This document shows, one piece after another, positions 1 to 6,166 of a stretch of 25,795 nucleotides of DNA. The stretch is from the NCBI GenBank assembly GCA_937886445.1, contig CALGBY010000097.1:1-25795 (forward strand), in the 5' to 3' direction. The stretch comes from an uncultured Clostridia bacterium (GTDB taxonomy: Bacteria; Bacillota; Clostridia; Christensenellales; Aristaeellaceae). The position numbers and the translations under genes were made by a program. Position 1 is the first letter of the stretch, and every line of letters starts with the position of its first letter. The notes beneath the pieces are model-generated. The model worked only from the letters and a program-made list of their open reading frames with translations, was not told where the DNA came from and did no database searches.

Positions 1-163
1 CCGGGATCTGATATCATAACCCCCTCAGGGTGCTTCCTCGAAACTGAATAAAGTTTGTTTTGGCCTGTTTTCCCCTATTTAGGGGTTGACAAAGGTCATT
101 ACATATCAGAAACACACCCTAATCAGTGTTTCCTAAAAAATACGCGATCCGCCCTTCAGAAGG

Positions 164-193
164 TTGTCTGAAAAGGCCGGTATGTGGTATCAT
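164..193 (+). promoter_or_regulatory. Candidate sigma-A-type promoter for the GNAT gene
   Basis: TTGTCT (164-169), an 18-nt spacer, then the TG-extended -10 TGgTATCAT (TATCAT 188-193). It lies about 85 nt upstream of ATG 279. Pattern match by eye only. Confidence 0.4.
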
Positions 194-278
194 GCAAAGT
201 GTTCAGACAGAGCACGACACGCTTTACGGACCGGCAGGATCGAAAACGAAGCTGTCTGATCTTTCAGGGAGGCATGAT

Positions 279-767
279 ATGAAGGTCATTGAGTACTTTT
301 CCGCCCCGGACCGGGCACATTGGCTGTCCGAGATCGGGCGGGCCGATTGGTCCGCCGCGTCCTTTCTGGCGTCGCTCCTGCAGGAGGACCGCCTCATGGA
401 TACGCTGGGCGAAACAGCCATGGTGCTGATGCTCACCGAGGGCGGCCGGCTGGTATCCTTCTGTACGCTGGCGCCGCTGGATGAAGTGCAGCCCACCGTT
501 TTGGGCCCGTGGATCGGGTTTGTGTACACCTTTCCGGAATTCCGCGGCCGCCGCTGTGCGGGCCTGCTGCTGGATCACGCCGAAGGCCTGGCCGCGGCGG
601 CGGGTCATGAAGCCGTGTACATCTCCACCGATCACAACGGGCTTTATGAGCGATACGGCTATATATTTTTCGACACAGCCCGCACCGTGTACGGTGAGAC
701 CTCGCGCGTATACCGCAAGCTGCTGCGAACGAATGGTGCCGAAAAGGAACAGCAAAGCACCCCGTAA
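279..767 (+). CDS. GNAT-family N-acetyltransferase
   Basis: ORF track gives 126..767. I trimmed it to ATG 279 because GGAGG (268-272) lies 6 nt upstream. The protein has a GNAT motif-A-like FRGRRCAGLLL followed by LYERYGY, and about 162 aa is typical for the family. Confidence 0.8.
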   Translation: MKVIEYFSAPDRAHWLSEIGRADWSAASFLASLLQEDRLMDTLGETAMVLMLTEGGRLVSFCTLAPLDEVQPTVLGPWIGFVYTFPEFRGRRCAGLLLDHAEGLAAAAGHEAVYISTDHNGLYERYGYIFFDTARTVYGETSRVYRKLLRTNGAEKEQQSTP

Positions 768-865
768 AGAGAAGATCTGCGCGATGATGCGGCGTTTGGG
801 CCGCTCAGGAAGGAACGCTGTAAGCCGTTCTGCCCCGATAAGCTGACGGCAGGCATAATGACCTC

Positions 866-909
866 CCATGCATCCGCCGGTTTTACTGTAATGCATGGAA
901 AAATACAAA
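866..909 (+). promoter_or_regulatory. Inverted repeat overlapping a candidate promoter of the PTP/def/lysozyme-like/SRAP gene string
   Basis: Perfect 8-bp arms CCATGCAT (866-873) and ATGCATGG (891-898). The candidate promoter is TTTACT (882-887), 16 nt, TACAAA (904-909). No T-run follows the repeat on either strand, so it is not a terminator. Confidence 0.3.
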
Positions 910-928
910 ATTTTGACGGAGTTATAAA

Positions 929-1405
929 ATGATGATTAAGATCCTGTTCATTTGCCACGGCAATATCTGCCGTTCTCCGATGGCGGAAATGACCATGACC
1001 GCCCTGATCAGGGAGCGCGGCTTACAAGAGCGGTTCAGCATCTCCTCCGCCGCCACAAGCACGGAGGAGATTGGCAACGGGCTGTATCCCCCGGCACGGG
1101 CGGAGCTTATCCGGCGGCATGTCCCGCTGCTGCCGCACACAGCCCGTCAGATGACGGAAAAGGACGCGGAGGAGTATGACCTGCTCATCTGTATGGACCG
1201 GTACAATCTTGCAAACATGAAAAGGCTCTGCCGCAACCGGTATACGGAAAAAATGCATCTGCTTTCCGAATGGAGCGACGGGGATGAGATCGCGGATCCC
1301 TGGTATTCGGACCGCTTTGATATCGCGTACGAACAAATCCAGCGCGGATGTGAAGGGCTGCTGGAGCAGCTTTCCGGAACGAGCGGGAAAGGAGGAACAG
1401 CATGA
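929..1405 (+). CDS. Low-molecular-weight protein-tyrosine phosphatase (LMW-PTP family)
   Basis: The N-terminal P-loop CX5R(S/T) is present in ILFICHGNICRSPMAE, and the DP general-acid motif is present in IADPWY. The protein is 158 aa, and GGAG (918-921) lies 7 nt upstream of the ATG. Confidence 0.9.
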   Translation: MMIKILFICHGNICRSPMAEMTMTALIRERGLQERFSISSAATSTEEIGNGLYPPARAELIRRHVPLLPHTARQMTEKDAEEYDLLICMDRYNLANMKRLCRNRYTEKMHLLSEWSDGDEIADPWYSDRFDIAYEQIQRGCEGLLEQLSGTSGKGGTA

Positions 1406-1815
1406 TCAGGCCACTTGTACATGACCGTCTTCTGCTTTCCGTTCCCTCCTCTCCGGCATGCAGGGAGGATCTGCCCTGCGCGCGGGATCTGCGGGATACT
1501 CTGGAGCATTTCAGAGATACCTGCGCCGGTATGGCGGCCAACATGATCGGAACACAGAGAAACATCATCGCCGTACGCGCGGGCGGCACCTGTCTGATCC
1601 TGCTGAACGCAAGGATCATCTCAAAAAAGGGGCCGTACAGAACAGCCGAAGCCTGCCTTTCCTATACCGGAGGACCAACGGAAACAGAACGGTTCCGTGA
1701 GATCACGGTGGAATACGAAACCGAAGCCTTTGTAAAAAAGAAGCAGACCTTCACAGGCTTTACCGCCCAGGTCATCCAGCACGAAATGGACCATGTAAAG
1801 GGGGTCCTGATTTGA
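1402..1815 (+). CDS. def: Short peptide deformylase-like protein with divergent motifs 1 and 2
   Basis: The HEXXH metal motif is present (QHEMDHVKG). Motif 2 reads EACLS (canonical EGCLS) and motif 1 reads GMAANM (canonical GxAAxQ). The start overlaps the PTP stop by 4 bp (ATGA at 1402-1405), consistent with translational coupling. Confidence 0.75.
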   Translation: MIRPLVHDRLLLSVPSSPACREDLPCARDLRDTLEHFRDTCAGMAANMIGTQRNIIAVRAGGTCLILLNARIISKKGPYRTAEACLSYTGGPTETERFREITVEYETEAFVKKKQTFTGFTAQVIQHEMDHVKGVLI

Positions 1816-1850
1816 TATCGTTTTTCGGTACACAAAAAGGGGGGATGACA

Positions 1851-3233
1851 ATGTACAAGGCAAAACATGTGCCGCTGATCATGCTTTCTCTCATCCTTAT
1901 CGCGTATACGCTTTTCCCGCTGCCCGGCCGGGCGCTGACGGATGCCGATATCAACAGGATGGCAAACAATATCCTGAGCGGCGTATCTGTGGGAAGGGAA
2001 AAGCGGTCACACGCGGCCGAGATCACACGCGTCATGCTTGAAAACGGCTATGAGCCTGCCTTTGTTGCCGGGTTCATCGCCAATTTTACGCAGGAAGGCG
2101 ACTTTGGCGTGTTTGAAAACCTGAACTATTCCTCTTCCACCTCACTTGCCTATGTGAAGCATATGCACGGCTGGGATTATGACGCGGGGCACTGGGATAT
2201 TTACGGAAAATGGTCCTTTTACACCTGCACAGTATACGGAAACGACAAATACGGAAACCCCGTATCGCTCAGTGAAGTAAAGTCACTGGTGGATACCCTG
2301 ATAAAGGAAGGGCATACCAGCGCGCTGTTCGGGCTGGGGTGCATCCAGTGGACTTATTATTCCCGCCTCAGAGGGCTTGTGGATATGTACCTATCCTATG
2401 CCTCATCCGATCATATCACCGAGGAGGAATGCATTTCGGCGGAGCTGGCCTTTATGCTGAAGGAGCTGAAGGGCGATTATCACTATGTATACACCGGATG
2501 GAAAAGCGCTGTGACAAACACAGACAGTGCGGACGCGGCATACAGTGCCGGAACGGATATCTGCCGCCGGTATGAAAACCCGAGCGCCGGTGAAAGCGCT
2601 CAGGCGCTGCGCGGAGATCTAGCCCGCGGCATCTTTTTGGAAATGGTGAACGGGACATCCGTTTCTGTTGATATCACCCCGCCCTTTGCCTCCGCGTACA
2701 GTGAAAAGAACGGGCCCTGCCGGTTCAGCGTATACTGCGACGCCTTTGATGAGACCGGGCTGGACAGCGTTACCGTAAACGTCTGGAATGAAACAGACGG
2801 GGCGGAAAAAGCGCTTACCGTCACCCTTCCCGCAAACGGGGCTTCTGTGTTTTCGGGCTGCGCGGTATTTGACCTGAGAGAAAAAAACGGGCGTGTCAAC
2901 ACGCTGTGGCATATAGAGGCTTTCGCGAAGGACACCTCCGGCAACCTGAGCCCCGCGGCGCAGGCGGACGGTATATTCGCGGAACCGGATTATGACGGGC
3001 TGAACGCCTGCAGCCTGCCGGAGGGGATCATTACCGTGGAAAGCGAAGCATTGGCCGGAACGCAGGTGCAGGTCGTTTTCTTCCCAGCCTCCGGCGGCAT
3101 CACAGTAAAAAAGGACGCGTTTTCCGGCTGCGGGGAGCTGATGTACATCGTGCTCCCGGCAGGCGCGGAGATCGATTTTGAAGAAGGCTTCAGTGAATAT
3201 TTGCCTGCCGGCGCGCAGGTGATACAAAAATAA
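1851..3233 (+). CDS. Secreted lysozyme-like (phage-tail-lysozyme-type) protein with an Ig-like Bsp-type repeat and a C-terminal BspA-type leucine-rich repeat
   Basis: ORF track gives 1812..3233 (TTG). I prefer ATG 1851, which lies 6 nt after the G-run RBS (1840-1844). The signal peptide is MYKAKHVPLIMLSLILIAYTLFPLPGRA. FIANFTQEGDFG and GLGCIQWTYYSR resemble the catalytic-Glu and GxGxxQWT motifs of phage tail lysozyme domains. GLDSVTVNVWNE...HIEAFAKDTSGN resembles a GBS Bsp-like repeat. The C-terminus (ITVESEALAG...ITVKKDAFSGCGEL) resembles BspA-type LRRs. Confidence 0.7.
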   Translation: MYKAKHVPLIMLSLILIAYTLFPLPGRALTDADINRMANNILSGVSVGREKRSHAAEITRVMLENGYEPAFVAGFIANFTQEGDFGVFENLNYSSSTSLAYVKHMHGWDYDAGHWDIYGKWSFYTCTVYGNDKYGNPVSLSEVKSLVDTLIKEGHTSALFGLGCIQWTYYSRLRGLVDMYLSYASSDHITEEECISAELAFMLKELKGDYHYVYTGWKSAVTNTDSADAAYSAGTDICRRYENPSAGESAQALRGDLARGIFLEMVNGTSVSVDITPPFASAYSEKNGPCRFSVYCDAFDETGLDSVTVNVWNETDGAEKALTVTLPANGASVFSGCAVFDLREKNGRVNTLWHIEAFAKDTSGNLSPAAQADGIFAEPDYDGLNACSLPEGIITVESEALAGTQVQVVFFPASGGITVKKDAFSGCGELMYIVLPAGAEIDFEEGFSEYLPAGAQVIQK

Positions 3234-3245
3234 GAGGGCAATGCG

Positions 3246-3860
3246 ATGTGCGGAAGATATTATCTGCCGGAGGAGGACCTGCCGGAGGAATGGCTGAGGC
3301 TGTTGGATACGCTGGGAGAGCCGCCTGAAGGGGTGAACGCGAAGACTGCCGGGGAGATCTTTCCCGGCGATACGGTGCCTGTACTGGCCAATTCAAGGGC
3401 GCTCAGGGAACGGCCTTTCTATATGCAGTGGGGCTATCATCTGGATGACCGGCTCATTTTCAACGCCCGAAGCGAAACGGCGGATGAAAAGCCGCTCTTC
3501 CGGGACGGCGCGCTGGAGCGGCGCTGCCTGCTTCCTTTTGCCCATTACTGCGAGTGGGAGAAGCGCGGAGACAGCCTGCCTGATGAGACCGCCGCAGGCA
3601 GACAAACCGGAAAGCTTCGCTATCAGCTGCGCCCGGAGGGTGAAGCCATGGCGTATCTTGCCGGTATTTACCGTTTTGAAAGGCGAGGACCCGTATTCTG
3701 CGTGCTGACACGTCCGGCAGAAGCAGACATCGCCTTTATCCACCCCCGCATGCCGGTCATGTTCACAAAGGACAGCGCGAAAGAATGGCTCAGCAGAAGC
3801 GGCGATTACCGCGAATTGCTCGCATCGGCATGCCGCCGTACCGAATACCGGCCGGGATGA
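3246..3860 (+). CDS. SOS-response-associated peptidase (SRAP/YedK/HMCES family; abasic-site DNA-protein crosslinking)
   Basis: The protein starts with MCGRY, the invariant catalytic Cys2 signature. FNARSET and IHPRMPV carry the conserved Asn/Glu and His positions. AAGAGGG RBS lies about 7 nt upstream, and the gene begins 12 nt after the previous stop. Confidence 0.85.
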   Translation: MCGRYYLPEEDLPEEWLRLLDTLGEPPEGVNAKTAGEIFPGDTVPVLANSRALRERPFYMQWGYHLDDRLIFNARSETADEKPLFRDGALERRCLLPFAHYCEWEKRGDSLPDETAAGRQTGKLRYQLRPEGEAMAYLAGIYRFERRGPVFCVLTRPAEADIAFIHPRMPVMFTKDSAKEWLSRSGDYRELLASACRRTEYRPG

Positions 3861-3883
3861 CCTGGCGGCTTGATGATATGCTC

Positions 3884-3924
3884 AAAAAAACGGCCTTCCC
3901 CACACAGGAGAAAGCCGTTTTGCT
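3884..3924. terminator. Bidirectional rho-independent terminator between convergent genes
   Basis: The arms are AAAAAAACGGC (3884-3894) and GCCGTTTT (3914-3921), with further internal pairing. An A-run lies on one side and a T-run on the other. It sits between the SRAP stop (3860) and the minus-strand stop (3935). Confidence 0.7.
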
Positions 3925-3934
3925 TATGATGATA

Positions 3935-4336
3935 TTACTTGATCAGGGTGATATTGCCGATGAAGGGAATTTCCTTGGCCTTGCCCTGAACAGCGTTCAC
4001 GATGCCGAGAATGGCATACACCAGGCACACGATGCCGGCCACGCCGCAAATAATTCCGATAATCACGCCCAGCACGGGGATCCCGCCCAGGATCGCATTC
4101 ACAATGCCGAGCGCGGTTTCAATGATGAACAGCAGCAGGCCCTGATTGGCATGGAACTTCGCAAACTTGGAATCCTTCGCGGCAAGAAACGGAACGAGCC
4201 ACAGGATCCAGATATAAGAAAGAAGAGATACGACCTTATTCTTTTCCGCGTCTTCGGGTGTGAATTCCGCAGAACGGTCCTTCGGGTTCTTAAGCATGTT
4301 GATCACCTTGTTTACATCTACATTGCCCATTTCCAA
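3935..4336 (-). CDS. Small multi-pass membrane protein, DUF4870-like (HANQG motif)
   Basis: There are three or more hydrophobic helices. The KFHANQGLLLF motif following SLLSYIWILWLVPF is typical of the DUF4870/Tic20-like small membrane family. AAGAGGTG RBS lies upstream of the ATG. The overlapping + ORF 3785..4354 is compositionally a shadow ORF. Confidence 0.75.
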   Translation of the reverse strand: MEMGNVDVNKVINMLKNPKDRSAEFTPEDAEKNKVVSLLSYIWILWLVPFLAAKDSKFAKFHANQGLLLFIIETALGIVNAILGGIPVLGVIIGIICGVAGIVCLVYAILGIVNAVQGKAKEIPFIGNITLIK

Positions 4337-4375
4337 GCACCTCTTTCAATTTGATCCGCCTGATACGGCATGCAT

Positions 4376-4404
4376 ATTATCTCACTTTTCAAGGCCGGTG
4401 TCAA
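4376..4404 (-). promoter_or_regulatory. Candidate own promoter of the small membrane protein gene
   Basis: On the minus strand: TTGACA (4399-4404), 17 nt, GATAAT (4376-4381). It lies directly after the proS stop codon. Confidence 0.55.
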
Positions 4405-4407
4405 TCA

Positions 4408-5850
4408 TCAATATGCCTTGGCAAAGAACATAACCCTGCTCGCGGGGCGTCCGCAGCACACGCAGCGATCTCCCACCGGGGTCTGGTCAAAGGGCATGTT
4501 GCGGGAGGAGGCACCGGTTTCTTCCTTGATCTTGTCCTCGCAGGCGCGGTCTCCGCACCACATGGCCTTGGCATAGCCGCCGTTCACCTGCTGCTTCAGC
4601 TCCTCATAATCCGAAACGACCTTCGTATGCGCCATGCGGAAATCATCGGCCATTTTATACATGTTTTTCTGGATGTCGCTGAGCAGTTGCTTCATGCTGT
4701 CCGCCAGCGTATCCAGCGCCACGGTCGTCTTTTCAAAGGTATCGCGGCGCACCACGGTGGCCACGCCGTTTTCGATATCGCGGGGGCCCATTTCCACACG
4801 GACGGGCACACCCTTCAGCTCCCACTCGTTGAACTTCCAGCCGGAAGACACATTATCGCGGTCATCCAGCTTCACACGGATACCGGCGGCCTTGAGCTGA
4901 GCGTATACCTTTTCACAGGCCTCGTTCACGCCTTCCTTGTGAGCGGCAATGGGCACGATCACCGTCTGGAAGGGGGCGATCATGGGCGGCAGCTTGAGGC
5001 CGCGCTCGTCACCGTGCGTCATGATGATGGCGCCGATCAGGCGGGTGGAAACGCCCCAGCTGGTTTCATAAGCGTATTCCAGCTTGCCCTCCTTGCTGAG
5101 GTACTGGATATTGAAGGGCACGGAGAAATTGGTACCGAAGTTATGGCTGGTGCCTGCCTGCAGGGCTTTGCCGTCCTGCATCATGGCTTCCACGCTGTAG
5201 GTGGCGCGGGCACCGGCAAACTTTTCCTTATCGCTCTTCTGGCCGGCATATACAGGCACAGAAAGGTTTTCCTCGCAGAACTTCTGATACAGCTTCAGCA
5301 TATTCTGCGTTTCCTCCTCCGCCTCCTCGGCGGTGGCATGCACGGTATGGCCCTCCTGCCACCAGAATTCCGCCGTACGCAGGAAGGGGCGGGTAGTCTT
5401 TTCCCAGCGCATCACGGAGCACCACTGGTTATACTTGAGCGGCAGATCACGCCAGGATTGTACCCATTTGGAGAACATGGTGCAGAAAATGGTTTCGCTG
5501 GTGGGGCGCACGGCCAAACGCTCCTGCAGAGGCTCGGTACCTCCCTGCGTTACCCAGGCCACCTCGGGCGCGAAGCCCTCCACATGGTCCGCCTCCTTCA
5601 GCAGCAGACTTTCGGGGATCAGCATGGGCATGGATACATTTTCATGTCCGGTCTCCTTGAACATGGCATCCAGTTGCTCATGGATCAGTTCCCAGATACG
5701 GTTGCCGTAGGGCTTGAGCGCCATGCAGCCGCGCACGGGGGTATAGTCCATCAGATCGGTCTGGGTGACCACATCGGTATACCACTGTGAAAAGTCTTCA
5801 TCGCGGGGAGTGATGTGCTGCACAAATTCCTGCTTTTTTTCCTTAGCCAT
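4408..5850 (-). CDS. proS: Prolyl-tRNA synthetase, archaeal/eukaryote-like type (no INS editing domain, C-terminal Zn-binding tail)
   Basis: ORF track gives 4408..6027. I trimmed it to ATG 5850 (MAKEKKQEFVQHITPRDEDFSQWY), which has GGAGG 6 nt upstream. The upstream extension covers the T-box leader. Class II aaRS motifs are present, the protein is about 480 aa, and the C-terminus is CVCCGRPA...FAKAY. Confidence 0.93.
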   Translation of the reverse strand: MAKEKKQEFVQHITPRDEDFSQWYTDVVTQTDLMDYTPVRGCMALKPYGNRIWELIHEQLDAMFKETGHENVSMPMLIPESLLLKEADHVEGFAPEVAWVTQGGTEPLQERLAVRPTSETIFCTMFSKWVQSWRDLPLKYNQWCSVMRWEKTTRPFLRTAEFWWQEGHTVHATAEEAEEETQNMLKLYQKFCEENLSVPVYAGQKSDKEKFAGARATYSVEAMMQDGKALQAGTSHNFGTNFSVPFNIQYLSKEGKLEYAYETSWGVSTRLIGAIIMTHGDERGLKLPPMIAPFQTVIVPIAAHKEGVNEACEKVYAQLKAAGIRVKLDDRDNVSSGWKFNEWELKGVPVRVEMGPRDIENGVATVVRRDTFEKTTVALDTLADSMKQLLSDIQKNMYKMADDFRMAHTKVVSDYEELKQQVNGGYAKAMWCGDRACEDKIKEETGASSRNMPFDQTPVGDRCVCCGRPASRVMFFAKAY

Positions 5851-5862
5851 AAGATCGCCTCC

Positions 5863-6018
5863 AAAAAAATATCCCTCATCCCCTGCAGGGACGAAGGCTG
5901 CTTCGCGGTACCACCCGGCTTGCGCGAAAAAACGCGCATCTCTTGTGCCCTCTAACGGAGGCAGCCCGGCGGGGATTGGCCGCGGCCCAAGGGTGGGAAC
6001 CTTGCATTGCCGTATGAA
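5863..6018 (-). promoter_or_regulatory. T-box leader (tRNA-sensing transcription attenuator) of proS
   Basis: On the minus strand the canonical T-box core GGGTGGTACCGCG lies at 5904-5916. It is preceded by a GCGCG-U6-CGCGC hairpin (5922-5937, stem III-like). It is followed by a terminator hairpin (5873-5897, about 10 bp with a UGCA loop) and a U7 run (5863-5869). It sits directly upstream of an aaRS gene. Confidence 0.85.
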
Positions 6019-6025
6019 CATATAC

Positions 6026-6055
6026 ATTATATGAAATTCCGGTATGCCTTGTCAA
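6026..6055 (-). promoter_or_regulatory. Promoter of the proS T-box leader
   Basis: On the minus strand: TTGACA (6050-6055), 18 nt, TATAAT (6026-6031). Confidence 0.7.
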
Positions 6056-6069
6056 GCAGAAACTCCAGC

Positions 6070-6115
6070 AAAACGGAAAAAGAGAAGCGCTTCCGGGCTT
6101 CTCTTTTTCCGTTTT
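6070..6115 (-). terminator. Rho-independent terminator of the repeat-protein gene (bidirectional shape)
   Basis: Perfect 19-bp arms AAAACGGAAAAAGAGAAGC (6070-6088) and GCTTCTCTTTTTCCGTTTT (6097-6115) with an 8-nt loop. It lies 52 nt downstream of the stop at 6167. Confidence 0.8.
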
Positions 6116-6166
6116 CAGCAAAAACTCCGGACCGGCCTCGCGGCACGGCCCGGAGTATGCGGACTG

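Noticed and set aside
1-51. Possible 3' tail of an upstream + strand CDS ending at TAA 49-51, and a CCCCTA/TAGGGG mini-palindrome at 84-97
   Set aside because: The tail is only 16 codons with no recognisable sequence. The hairpin has a 2-nt centre and is not a convincing terminator. Neither can be supported from this window.
3785-4354. 189-aa + strand ORF overlapping the small membrane protein gene
   Set aside because: It begins inside the SRAP gene and crosses the bidirectional terminator. The minus-strand ORF has TM helices, the HANQG family motif, an RBS and a promoter.
4351-5790. 479-codon uninterrupted ORF on the + strand, antisense to proS
   Set aside because: The sense strand encodes an unmistakable ProRS. 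The antisense product is low-complexity (G/A/H/L-rich) with no RBS or recognisable motif. Long stop-free antisense frames are expected in GC-rich coding DNA. I noted the class II aaRS sense/antisense idea, but nothing here supports it.
5851-6027. 59-codon upstream extension of proS in the ORF track
   Set aside because: It is occupied by the T-box leader, the terminator and the promoter -10. The true start at 5850 has an RBS and the conserved ProRS N-terminus.
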